From NCBI GenBank assembly GCA_025201805.1, contig MU619284.1, forward strand, positions 117,065-181,064: a stretch of DNA of 64,000 bases. Reading direction: 5' to 3'. A program made the translations under genes and the position numbers. Below the pieces are notes generated by a model. The model searched no databases and was not told the DNA's origin. It saw nothing but the letters and a program-made list of their open reading frames with translations. Origin of the DNA: Parasitella parasitica NRRL 2501. Lineage: Eukaryota > Fungi > Mucoromycota. Numbering within the stretch: position 1 is the first letter of the stretch; each line of letters opens with the position of its first letter. Positions 27,430 through 40,552 of the stretch are shown piece after piece.

Positions 27430-29785
27430 ATGGTTGGTTATCACTTGGCATCGAAAGTTGGCGTTTATGTGCACAATATATTAACATGCAAGATAGGCTG
27501 GAGCACTTGAAAACGCACAAAGAGACATGCGCAAGATTAGAGACCATGAACGCGAGTCAGATTTCGGTTCCGTCTTCTCCGTATCTGGTCCTGGTAAGAT
27601 AGCGCCTAAGCATGTCATGTGTATACACATATTCATCATTTGAAATCCATTCTAGTCGTTATAGCAGAAAACATGCGTGGTTCTGCCATGTACGAGTTGG
27701 TATGTTGAGGCTGATGCAATGCATCATATATCATTAAAAGTCAAATAATTTACATGAACGACATAAAGGTCCGTGTTGGTCACAATGAACTTGTTGGTGA
27801 AGTTATCCGTATCGACGGTGACAAGACAACTATCCAAGTCTACGAAGAAACTGGTAACTGGATCTCTCTTTTTTTTTATTTTTTATCAAAGTGTTTCAGA
27901 TATTAACCCTTAATTGTTTAGGTGGTTTAACTGTTGGTGATCCCGTCTTGAGATCTGGCAAGCCTTTGTCCGTTGAGCTTGGTCCTGGTAAATGAACAAA
28001 ACCCGTATCTGTACGCGTTTGATGTGTTTCTTACTGACGATTGCACATGAACCATTTAGGTCTTATGTCCAACATCTATGACGGTATTCAGCGACCGCTC
28101 AAGGTAAATAGAAAAATAGTGCAGACACAAACAAATAAATAACACAACATACCTCACAGGCTATTCAAGAGACTTCCCAAAGTATCTATATTCCCCGTGG
28201 TATCTCCACTCCTGCTTTGGACATATGCTTCAGCTGGAGCTTTGAGCCTACCAACTTCAAGGTACGATATGCAGAGAAAGGACGAGGGAATTGGATCTAA
28301 CAGTCTGCAATAGGTTGGTGATCATATTACCGGTGGCGATATTTACGGTAAAGTCTATGAAAATTCTCTTGTCGTTAATCACAGCATCATGTTGGCTCCT
28401 GGAAGCCGTGGCACTATCACCCACATTGCACCCAAGGGCAACTACACTCTGGACGATGTTGTTCTTGAAACTGAATTCGATGGTGTTACTACCAAGCACA
28501 CGATGAAGCAACTCTGGCCTGTTCGTAACCCTCGTCCTGTCGCTGAAAAGTTATCTGCCAACCATCCTTTATTGACCGGTCAGCGTGTCTTGGATTCCCT
28601 CTTCCCTTGCGTTCAAGGTGGTACTACTGCTATTCCCGGTGCTTTTGGTTGCGGCAAAACTGTCATCTCTCAGTCTCTTTCAAAGTACTCCAACTCTGAT
28701 ATTATCATCTACGTTGGTTGTAAGTATTAGCATGCAATCGTTTGTCATTATTTACTGATCTGAGCCATGTAGGCGGTGAGCGTGGTAATGAGATGGCTGA
28801 AGTATTGATGGATTTCCCTGAACTCTCCATCGACATCGATGGCCGCAAGGAATCCATCATGAAGCGTACAACCTTAGTTGCCAATACTTCCAACATGCCA
28901 GTAGCTGCTCGTGAAGCTTCCATCTACACTGGTATTACCCTTTCTGAATATTTCCGTGATATGGGTAAAAACGTTGCCATGATGGCCGATTCGACATCTC
29001 GCTGGGCCGAAGCTCTTCGTGAAATTTCAGGTCGTCTTGCTGAAATGCCTGCCGATTCAGGTTATCCTGCTTACCTCGGTGCTCGTCTCGCGTCTTTCTA
29101 CGAACGTGCGGGCAAAGCTACTTGCCTTGGTAACCCTAGTCGTGATGGTTCCGTTACTGTTGTCGGTGCCGTCTCTCCTCCCGGTGGTGATTTCTCTGAC
29201 CCTGTCACAGCTTCCACTTTGAGTATTGTTCAGGTTTTCTGGGGTCTCGATAAGAAACTCGCTCAGCGCAAGCATTTCCCTTCGGTGAACTGGAACTTGT
29301 CCTACTCCAAATACATGAAGGTTCTTGAGCCTTACTATGAAAAGAACGATCCTGAATACATCCAGCTCCGTGACAAGTGTAAGGAGATTCTTCAAATGGA
29401 AGAGAATCTCTCTGAAATTGTGCAGCTTGTTGGTAAGTCTGGCTTGAATGAAAGTGACAAGATCACTCTGGAAGTTGCTCAAATTATCAAGGATGATTTC
29501 CTTCAACAAAACGGTTACAGTGACTATGATCGTTACTGTCCCTTCTTCAAGACCACATGGATGTTGCGTAACATGATTGGCTTCTATGAAAAGGCTACAC
29601 ATGCTGTTGAGTCATCAAACAACCAAATCACTTGGGCCAAGATCCGTGAATCAATGGGTGACATCCTTTACAAGTTAGCTTCCATGAAGTTTGAGAACCC
29701 TGCTGATGGTGAAGACGTCCTTGTTGAAAAGTATAGTGCTCTTTACAAGGAAATTGAAGCTAAATTCAATGATCTCGAAGCTTAA
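27430..29785 (+). CDS. VMA1: V-type H+-ATPase catalytic subunit A (no intein), multi-exon
   Basis: FSVSGP, SVELGPG, P-loop [56 protein letters not shown]. The first coding exon is ATG only; probable 5'UTR intron 27349-27421. Confidence 0.97.
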
Positions 29786-30721
29786 TATGTTCTTTTATCA
29801 ACTTTTGTTCCTTATATTCTCTCACTCTTTTTTTTTTTGATCTCCATAATAAAAATAAAATACATGCATTTTCTTTTTATTGCACATGTTCTTAGTAAGC
29901 AATTTTCAGTTAGCAAGATCCTCTTTTGTTTTCCAGATACAATCGCAAAGAGAGTTCTGGCGTCCCCAATTTCGTCTATTTTTCTGCATACCGCGTTAAG
30001 GGCTGCTTACTTTACTTGCCTAACAGAAGGGCGAACGCGTAATATAATTTTGGGAATTTCAGACAGTTGGAAGATTTGAATCGAGACAAGGCTACAACGC
30101 ATGGCATTCATGTTTTCCAAATTTATTCATCTTGCAGCTCTAATATGATCATCTGGATTTAATTGGCTAGTTTGGCATTTGGAATCAAAGAGCTGTCAGA
30201 TCAAAAAAATTGTTGCTAGCGATCAAGAGAGCGATACATGATTAACAAAGTCATATTTTTCATTCTCAAATGCTTGCTTCCAATACCTGCAGTGCAAATC
30301 TAGTTTTGAAACAAAAGGTTTATTCCACATTTTGTACAAACATGACATATAAATAACTCTGTTTAAGGGTTTTAAGGAGTGTATGTTATGGAGTATGGCT
30401 CGAAGACATAAGTAATGAAATGCTTTCATGAAAGCTAATCAATATTCCACTTTAAACGGCACCATTCCCAACTGAATTCATGTGATCTGATCGAGTTATT
30501 TTACTACTTTTGCTATTTCATACCCCTCCCCCCCCCCCCTCGCAAGTGGTTCGATATTGTTGTTGGACAGAGAAGGCAATAGGGATGTTACCAATAAGGT
30601 CTTCTTTCAACTGCCTAGTCACGTGTAGCGGTATACTTGCACACTATGGCTACGGCCGTTCCCTTTTAATTTCTTTTCCCCATTTTCTCTCTTATTTCAA
30701 GCATTTGGAGAGATAGTAAAT

Positions 30722-32012
30722 ATGGCTTCTGCCGCAAATATTCTTCAACGACAATTTAAAGGTAATAATATCAATGTCTGTCTTCGAAACAAAGTGGTTA
30801 ACAAGAAATCTCAGAGCTATCACGAAATCCTGTCCCAGGATTTGCTGTTGATTTAAAAGAGGACAACATCTTTGAGTGGTAAGGTTTATTCAAAATACAT
30901 GGAATTGTTCTAACATAAAAGTGGGAAAGGGAGGTCGCACTTATTGGCTCACCAAAAACAATATACGAGGGCGGCTATTTCAAGGTAAAACAGCATATTA
31001 TAAACAGGAAGAAAAACGAGCAAAACATAGTAAACAACGTAGGCTACAATGGCTTTTCCTGTTGACTATCCATTCAATCCGCCCACATTTCGATTCAACA
31101 ATACGTTTTATCACCCTAATGGTAAGTAATTGACATTTCTACTCCTCAGCTATTCGCTGTGTCCCCCTTCCCCTTTTTTGCTCCTTGTTGTTCTTATGGA
31201 TCTCTCTTAGTTTACCCTGATGGGAGACTTTGTATTTCTATCCTTCATCCTCCTGGAGAAGATCCAGTCAGTGGCGAGAAAGCAGAGGTATGTTGCTACA
31301 GCTAATTATCGCTACAAGTTTTGTAACGTTTTTTGTTATTCAGGAACGCTGGAATCCAACACAGGTAAATTAGAAAAGGCCATTAAATTATTAGGTGTTG
31401 ATCAGATATTTTGTTTGTATTTGAAATCATTAGTCTGTGGAAAGTAGGTTTGACAAATTCATGCAAAAAAAATTGATAAAAAAAAAAAAAATTAACCTGT
31501 TACAAAATATTAGGTGTACTAGTTTCTATCATTTCGCTACTTGCAGATCCCAATTGCTCAAGTCCTGCAAATGTAGATGCTGGTGTAAGTTATTTAACTA
31601 GAATTCCCCCTTTTTTTGACAGTTTGTATAGGTTGCCTACAGAAAGAACCGCGAAGCATTTGAGGCTATAGTGAAAAGTAAGTCAATAAATCAAGAACAA
31701 ACAAAATGACATCTCTTCTTACTTTTTGTGGCCCCTTATTCCGCCCCCCCCCACCTCTTCATTAGAACAAGTCGAAGACTCAAAGAAAGATATTCCCAAT
31801 GGATTTAGAATGCCTACATCAGAACAAGATTTTATGCCAGAGCCTCCATCAGAGATGGAGGAAGATGACAACTTGTAAGTTTAGGCTTTTGCCTTTTGAT
31901 ATTGGTATTAACTGGTCTGTGCGTCATGTCATTTAGTTGGTATGAGTCTGGCGATGACAGTGATTTTGGCGTGGACGATTATGAAGATGAAGATGAAGAC
32001 GAGGATGATTAA
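30722..32012 (+). CDS. CDC34: Ubiquitin-conjugating enzyme E2, Cdc34/UBE2R type, about 12 exons
   Basis: FYHPN/VYPDGRLCISILHPPGEDPVSGEKAE/ERWNPTQ/SVES acidic-loop insert, SPANVDA, acidic C-terminal tail. Confidence 0.88.
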
Positions 32013-32253
32013 TTTTATACTCTATAATAAAGATATTAGAATCAAAGCTTACACCTTTTTTCACTTTTTTTTACACTATTGCATTATAACGAGCTTTTCT
32101 GCCGTGAATACCCCCTATTCATTTTGCTGTCTGTCTGCCTACCTATCTGAGGAGGATATTATTTCAAACTCCAGTGTCTTCTGGAGGTATATCAAGAGAA
32201 ACCAGGTTCGATCATAATCTATTCTCTTTCTTTCACACTTGTTTATTACTCAA

Positions 32254-33285
32254 ATGACAGAAAAAAAACTAAACATACCGTTCTATTTTGGCGGCTTGGC
32301 TTCCTGTTCAGCTGCCATCATAGTTCACCCTCTAGATCTGACAAAGGTTCGACTGCAGAATTCCAAAGGAAATCAGAATATCGGCATGTTGGGCACTGTC
32401 AAGAATATCATACGAACAGAAGGCCCATTAAAGCTCTATGCTGGACTATCGGCTTCAATATTAAGACAGGCAACCTATTCAACAGCTCGGTTAGGCGGTT
32501 ATGAAAAGTTAAAGCAGCTATTGCTGCAGAGAGAGAAAAGTAAGCTACAATAATGTGGATTGTGCCTTTCGTTAGTCTTACCAAGCAGTGTTATAGATCC
32601 AACTACTCTTCAATTGCTCATGTGTTCTACTGCTGCCGGAATTGCTGGAGGGATATGTGGTAATCCTGGCGATGTCATTAACGTTCGTATGCAAAACGAT
32701 GGTCAGCTTCCAGCTCATCTTAAAAGAAACTATATGCATGCCTTGGACGGCTTACTAAGAATGGCCAAAGAAGAGGGAATTGCTTCGCTCTTTCGTGGCG
32801 TGGGACCCAACATCAACAGAGCCATTCTAATGACATCCTCGCAATGTGTTTCTTATGATCGTTTCAAAGGATTTTTTAATCAATACTTGAACGAAGGCAT
32901 TGGGCTACATTTGTTATCTAGCATACTTGCAGTAATATCCTTGTTTGTTTGTTTATACATTGTGCAATGCATGTTGATAGCATATTTTTTATGATTTTAG
33001 GGTCTAGTTGCGACGACAGCATGTTCCCCCGTTGATGTGATAAAAACTCGCATGATGTCTGCTACAGGTGCAGAAGGCAAGCTATCTGCTATAGGCGTTA
33101 CTTTGGCCATGTATCGATCTGAAGGGTTACTATCATTTTTTAAAGGTTGGACACCGTCTTTTATGAGAACTGGTCCCCAAACTATCTTTACGTTCATCTT
33201 TTTAGAGCAGTTTAAAAAATGGCATGCAATATGGCACCAAAATAAAGATGCAAATAACCATTTGATAGCAGCTGTCAAGCTTTAA
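32254..33285 (+). CDS. DIC1: Mitochondrial dicarboxylate carrier (SLC25A10-like), 3 exons
   Basis: PFYFGGLAS, HPLDLTKVRLQ, LRQATYSTAR, NPGDVINVRMQND, SPVDVIKTRMM, FKGWTPSFMR. Confidence 0.9.
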
Positions 33286-34090
33286 CAGTATTGGCAGTTC
33301 TATTAGTATCTATAATGAATACAATTTTGTTCATTTGCACTACGGATAAAACTTCACTAGCATATGGTAACACTGCCGATCATTGGACATTGAACTCAAA
33401 CCTCGCATATACTCGTAAGATATACGTCCTTGTACGTAAGCAGAAACAAACCATGTCAAGTGGGCACATTTGATAGGTTAATTATTGTAGACAGAACTTT
33501 CTGCCATTTGCTGATGTTGTATCACGCAAGCAAATTTGAGTATGTCCATCGCATCCATAAAAAATTCAAACAGGGGATGAATTGTACAGAAGCATTAATA
33601 TCCGTAACTAAACGGTGACAAGTAGGATCATATAATATGTGTTATCATTTTCTACAAATTGCTACTGATTACAAATCTGACAAAATCCAGTCTGACAGGG
33701 ATATCTGCTCGTCATATAAGCTCAATTGTTAATATAAATTCTCAATGAAAAACCCACATCAAAGGATTATCGTACTTCTTATCGCTGCATAGTCTTGAAG
33801 GTCTCCCTAATGTTCTGAATCTTCATTGAAAAGTTTGCATACATGTTGTTGTTTGTTGCAAGAACATGTCTATTTTGTGTAAAATGTTGTCAAATGCTAT
33901 TACGTGAGTGAATCCACATATCAACTATCAAATAATACCATTGCTATACTCTGTTTTACCTTTTGATACACACAACATGCTATGTATATGTGACCGTTGT
34001 GAAAGTGGTTTCTTGGTCATCATAAAAGGGAAACTAAGCAAGGTCCGAATACTTTTTTTCTTTTTACGTTTCTAATACAAGGAAAAACAG

Positions 34091-37000
34091 ATGTCTACAG
34101 AGGCAACAGCTAGTGTATTGAAAGCTCTTTCAAGTTTGTATGGCACTACCAATCGACAAGCAAACAGAGAAGCAAACAGATGGCTAGAAGCATTTCAAAA
34201 AAAGGTTGCTGTCTGCATATACGTTTTGAAGCTCTCCAGAAATACTAAACTTTGTGAATAAAGCCTGAAGCTTGGGCAGTAGCAAATTCCCTGATGAAAT
34301 TACCAGAGATAGAGAATAACGTTGGGGCCCGTCTATTTGCCGCGCAAACTCTCAAGCAAAAGGTAATGTTGTTATTTTGCCATGTTTGCATTAAAACGCC
34401 AACAATCCTTGTCTCTTGCAGATTACCTATGATTTGCGGGACTTAAGGACTGAAGCACGGGTCGAGTTACGCGATTCTCTCCTTGAGCTGCTATGGCAAT
34501 CCTCGAATGGCCCTAAAGCCGTCATGATCCAACTGTGTTTAGCTGTTGCAGATTTAGCGATTCAACTTTTACAATGGAAAACGGTAATCCCTGATCTCAT
34601 TGACAAGTTTGGCAAATCGGATCACGGCTCAGTTTGTTTATTGGAAATCCTCAAGGTCCTGCCTGAAGAAATGAATGGAAACACAAGATTGCCTTTGACG
34701 GTATGTTGCATAGCAATATATAATGCTAGCATGTATTCATCTCTATATACTTAGGACCACGAGTATAAATCAAGGGGAGAAGAACTGATTGATAGCAATG
34801 CGAAACGAGTCCTTGATTTGCTGACCACGTACATGCAATCAAGCGGAAACAATACGGAATTGCAGGAAAGAGTCCTCAAATGCTTGTCAAGTTGGATTCG
34901 CACTGGTGAAATGGATATCGAATTGATCAGCACAAGCCCGTTGTTGGAACTTTCATTCAAAAGTTTGGAATCGCCCGAGCTATTTGATGTTGCGGTCGAT
35001 GTAGTATCTGAAATCATTTACGAAACAAGAGATGTGAACGATTGTCGACCCGTCATAGAACAAATATATCCCTCTTTTGCGACTCTTTTACAAAAGCTGG
35101 TTGTAGCAATCGAGGAAGAGGATGAAGACGCTGTTAGAGGCTATGGCCGTATATTTGTGGAGGCAGGTGAAGCTTACATCACTTTGATTGGGAGCCATCC
35201 CGAAGCGTTTGGGGTATTGGTGGATGGCATCATGAAGGTCTCTGCTTACAGTGAGGTGGAAATCGTATCTATTACATTCAAATTTTGGTACGAGTTGACA
35301 AACCTATTAGAGACAGAGACATTTAAGGCATCAATTCCACAATTTTTGCCTTATTATGATGCATTAGTCGATATTATGATTGGCCATTTGCATTATCCTA
35401 CAAATTTCGACTCTTTGACAGCAGAGGAAAACGACAATTTCCGTGATTTTAGACACGACATGGGCGATACACTTAAAGATTGTTGCCGTATCCTAACTCC
35501 TCAGCGTTGTTTGGTCAAGCCCATGAATCTATTAGCGATACTATTGAACGACCCCTCGGCTACTTGGCAGCAGATTGAAGCTCCAATCTTTTCATTGCGA
35601 GTGATGGGATCTGAAGTACCCAGAGACGAAAACGAGGTGATGCCTCATATTATGGAATTTCTATCCAAGTTACCGGACCATCCAAAAATTCGCTATGCAG
35701 CAACATTGGTCATCTCTCGCTATTCTTTCTGGACGGAAAGCCACCCACAATTTATTGAATATCAACTTAATTTCATCTCTAATGGCATGCAAAATGCAGA
35801 GGTTGCTGCCGCAAGCGCATTAGCATTGAAGCATCTTTGCAAAGATTGTAATAAGGTATACATGTTTGTGACACTAACGTTAGTTTGAAACTGATCACCC
35901 TGGATTAGCATTTGGTGAATTATCTTGTGCAACTGCAATCATTTTACGTTCAAGTTACAAAATCACTTCCATTTAGAGATATCTTGGAGGTAACAGAGGC
36001 AGTATCTCACGTCATTTCCGTCACTACTCCAGCAGAAATACAAAAGGCACTGCAAGACTTTTGCCTACCAGTGGCTCAAGACTTACATGGCATCATATCC
36101 AGAGGGAAGGACAATGTGACAAACGATGACTGTGTTAAAATGGGGGATATCTTGGAGCAAATCAGTGTATTTTTCGACGTGATTAGACCAGATATCCCTG
36201 TTGGCCAGCTTCATCCATGCATTGCGTTTATTACTGAACTATGGCCCGTCTTGGATGCTACATTGGCTAACTTTGGGCAAGTTGTTACTGTATCTGAGCC
36301 TCTTTGCAAGTGCTTCAACAGTTTCATTGTCTCCTATGGACCACATTTTATCCCCTTATTGCCTCAGCTCATCGAGCGTATTGTCAATGCGTTCGCGATT
36401 ACCGGGTTAAGTGGATATCTTTGGGTTTCGTTGAGATTAATCAGAGGATATTCCAGTGATGGCGAAGGTCCATGTTTCGATTTCGTACAACGTCTGAGTC
36501 AAGCCATGTTTATAAAAATGCAAGGACAACCGATTAATGATATTCCTGATGGTAAGGAGAGTGGGTTCTAGACCCTGGCTTAGGCCATGGTCCTAAAAAA
36601 AAAAAAAGATATGGTCTTTTTAAAAAAAAAAGTTGTTTTCGAATAGTGATTGAGGAGTACTTTCGTCTGATAACGGCATTTTTGGAAAATGCTCCCGTTT
36701 CACTTTTACAAGATCCATTATTAGAAACAATTTTTCAAGCCGGCATTGCAGGATTGTCTATTACAGAGCAACATGCTCTTGGCGCAATTCTAGCTTTTTA
36801 TCGAAAGCTCTTGGATTTGTCAGACAAATCAGCCACTATAGTTACACTTTACAAGCAATTTGGAGGAAATTTAACAGCCGTATTACTGAATGGATCAATC
36901 GACTTTTACAATCAAGACTCTATCCCAGATGTAGCAGCATTATTCAAACGTTTAGCAGAAATTTTACCGCAAGAGTCTTCTGCCTGGATGATGACAGTTA

Positions 37001-37219
37001 TAAATGCCATTCCTGAAGAATACATATCAATGGAGATCAAGGCTGATTTTATAGCCAATTGGACAAGGTAAGAAGGGTTGTCATATAACGTAAATAGCTC
37101 TTATTATTTACACAATTTATAGTGCTATTAACGAGCAACATTGGATCAAAGTGAGAAGAATCTTTTCGGACTTTGTCGCTACCTACCGCAGAAGAAATGC
37201 AAACAAAGTGAGAAGTTAA
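34091..37219 (+). CDS. MTR10: Importin-beta family karyopherin Mtr10/transportin-SR, multi-exon
   Basis: WLEAFQK/PEAW, LFAAQTLKQK/ITYDL, QLCLAVADLAIQ, ITFKFWYEL, FRDFRHDMGDTLKDCC, EAPIFSLR. Confidence 0.9.
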
Positions 37220-37393
37220 TTGATCTCCTTTCGAAATGAAAAATATGTAATGTATGATAATAATAAAACTTGGCTTTTCCTTTTTTTTTTCTTTTTTCTT
37301 TGTATTTCATTCATTTTTTTTTATATTTTTTCCTTCCTTTTTTTTCGCTTTTGAATTATATAGAGTCAAATGTTGAAAAAAGGAGACGAAATT

Positions 37394-39028
37394 ATGTACA
37401 ATCAGCAACAACCCCAGCAAAAGAAGAGTCAACGGATGATATTGATTATCGTCATTTTATTATTGTGCTCAGGTACATATGTTCAATATGTCACATCTAG
37501 AAACGAAAAAATATTTTCTTTTGAACCGGTCATTCCGTCGCTCATGGAAATCAGTGATATATCTGATGCTATATTACCAAATCCACTTGAAAACAGTATA
37601 CCACAAGCCTGCCAAGGCGCAAATTTCCAATGGCTGTAAGTAATGCGATTGTATTTTATACCGTTACTTGTGCAACTAACACAAAGTTTAGAGCTTCTGA
37701 CAGAGCTTATTGGGATGGTTGGGTGTCAAAGTCGTTTTTTCTGAAAAAAGATGGTCGATTCACTAGAAAGAATGTCCAGATTGGCCAAGATGAATCAATT
37801 TGTGTAGCAGTATTGGTAAAATAAGGTATTAATTGATCTCCTTGCAATAATTAAAACTTTATTTTTACTAGTTGGGTCCTATCCCTGCTGTGTCGACGAT
37901 TAAGCACATGGCACACTACGGCCCAGCTGATTCCATCACAATGTTGGCAAAAAGTGAATCAACGGGTGCAGTAATACCTATAGTATTGCAGCAACACGAT
38001 AAACAGAGCAATGCTTATTTTGCCTCCGTCAAATTTACCCAACATGGCGTCTGGATATTGGATACTTCAGTAGAATATCGTTCTTATTTTTGGGAGCAGC
38101 CTGCAACTCACCAATATAGACCTAATCGATTTTTATCACGCAATAGTTTGACTGTATATAAAAAGCCCAGCGAAAAAAGTGGAATCGAGGATTCATCTGT
38201 TGTTTGTAACTTTATTGAGCCATTTACGCTCAAAGACAGTGTTTGGATCGAAAAAGGATACACCCAGGAATTGCAAAATCTCAAGTTCGAAGTTGGGAAC
38301 TACATATTTAACCCGAGTTGTCAGTTTGATATTGATGAAACTTGTTTTCAGTCAAAATTGACTATCCATATGTGGGGCGATCATCATCTGAAAAGGTATT
38401 TGAGATGTATTATTACGCTTGGTGGTAGGAAAAATATCTCACAATGGAAGAAAAAAATAGAAATCTGCAGCATTTAATAGGAGATCGGCCGGCAACAGAC
38501 ATGTGTAACATTGAACAACGAGTATACGACCTGGATTCTCCCATTGTACATGACATGGCAGATATTCACTTTGGTGAAATAGACACAAATATCGTGGACA
38601 ACCATTCACACTGGAAATTAGACATACAAGGCACCTCCCGTAGATTACCGAAAGCTGATGTTGTCATACTTGGTGTTGGCAATCTGGATGTAGAGAACAT
38701 GAGACAGCATCCAAACGATTTTGCAAAAGCATTCATGTCTTTATTGAATTATGCAGTTCAAAATGTGTACCCAAATCAGCGAATTATTGTGAAAACAACA
38801 CAATATTTTAATGGTCATTCGAAAGGCTTAAACTACGGTAAAAGTGAGGCTTATGCAAACATTATTAGATCAGCAGTAGCAAGCTTATCAGAACAAGATA
38901 AGCAGAGAGTCATTTTATGGGATACACATCAACTTGGATACAAAAAAAATCAATGTGAAAATTCTTTGGTCTCACACAGCCAAGTTGTTGATATGGAAAA
39001 TGCTATGCTTTCTCATTTATTCATGTAA
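37394..39028 (+). CDS. Type II membrane protein with Ig-like and SGNH/PC-esterase (NXPE-like) domains, catalytic motif degenerate
   Basis: N-terminal TM anchor (MILIIVILLLCSG), beta-rich middle region, IHMWGDHHLKR (block I), DVVILGVGNLD (block III), ILWDT. Alternative start at 37370. Confidence 0.55.
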
Positions 39029-39631
39029 AATTATTAATAAACCTTGTATCTATTTATTTCAGTGTTCTGATCATAATATTTACCCAATCGATACTTTTAA
39101 TGTTATTATAGTCGTCTATGTATCTATGAACTCTGCTTGATAGAGCACCTTTTATATTTTTTTTCTGCACACAGCTAATGTAATGCAAAGACATCCGCAG
39201 GCAAGGTGAACAAGACTTACAATTAGAAAATGTCAGCCAAAAAAAGTAACTTTTTTACGAACAAACTCTTTATTTTCCTTCAAAAAATAAAACGGTAGCT
39301 TTAGCTTTGAATACTCTTTAAACTTTTCAAAATATACATTGAAGTTAAAATTATGCGATAGGTTGGAACTTGAATAGGTTTCCTCTCCCTGGCAACCAAC
39401 AAATGTATAGTTATGGCAACGACACGTCAAAAGCATATACAGATCCGTTGCAAATGCATGAGTAAGCATTACTTCATATTGCAACAACAAACAAAAACAT
39501 TAGTATACCTGCCTTTTTGATTTATTAACCTTCTCGTCCAAGAATGGAAATCTTGTCGGGTCATGTTTGAGTAGCTCGATGGGAAAAAAGAAAAGAAAAG
39601 CGTTGTTCTTGCGTTTTTTTTTTATAACAGT

Positions 39632-40355
39632 ATGATTCGTTTTTTTCTTATAGTGAATAGATCGTGTAAAACACGTTTCTCAAGATATTATCATGACACA
39701 GTTACTCAAGATAAAGTAGCATTTGAGTTAGATGTTGCTAGACAGTGCATAACGCGAAAACAAAATCAAGTACAGTTAAGAATACTAGCAAACAGCTACA
39801 AATTTACAATTTTTTTTCTTTGCATAGACTCTGTTTTTTTCTTTTCATCAAGATAAAATAGGTAGATAAAAGAGTTGCGATCTATTATTTATGAAATATT
39901 CTAATCGCTCGTTAGTATATCGTGTTTATGCCTCGCTGTATTTTATCATTGGGTGTGATCTAGAAGATGTAAGGGTAGAGCTCTTTTCGTTCATGTTTGA
40001 CCAATTATCGTAGAATGAATTTTCCATGCTGGAATTGATTCAAAATTGCGTCGGTAAGTTTATATTATATTATTCTATGAATGTACAATTAAAGCATCTC
40101 GGTCGAAAGAGTGCTTGGACCAATATTTTGAAAAAGTGGCAAGTTTCAAATATCGCAGTGTGAGCAGCACGTCTTGTTTCTAAAAACAAATTGTGCGTGG
40201 AATAGACGGAACTTGATCTTGTGTTCAGCCTCGAAAAAGTGCACATGATCGTAGACGAAATGATTGTTCAAGGACTCATTTTGGAGACCAATCAAGAAAG
40301 GATCTTGGCTTCGATATATGCTCTTGCCAATCAGAAAACAAAGCCGGCTACCTGA
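39632..40355 (+). CDS. Adaptor protein complex small (sigma) subunit, most like AP-4 sigma, 6 exons
   Basis: MIRFFLIVNRSCKTRFSRYY...VYRVYASLYFIIG...NEFSMLELIQNCV/ECLDQYFEKV/TELDLVFSLEKVHMIVDEMIVQGLILETNQERILA. Confidence 0.85.
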
Positions 40356-40552
40356 AGCAGTGTTTTACAAAGCAAGATTGGGTTAAATTCCATTTTATGA
40401 TTCCGTCTATCTATCTTGCGTTTCCTTGTGTATCACACCAATTTTTTTTTTTTTTTTGAAATATATAAAAAGAGTTGCGCGAGATGCAAAAATACCTGTC
40501 CACCTTACTCTTCTTCTATCTCTTCATTTAACTCTTTTAATTTTCTTTTTGA

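Noticed and set aside
29057-29602. Long antisense and alternate-frame ORFs overlapping real genes (here and in the HK, KIN1, PAN5 and HSP20 genes)
   Set aside because: Expected shadows of biased codon usage in coding exons; no motifs.
28389-29785. Possible VMA1 intein
   Set aside because: After removing the 53-nt intron, YVG-CGERGNEM is contiguous; there is no intein or LAGLIDADG sequence.
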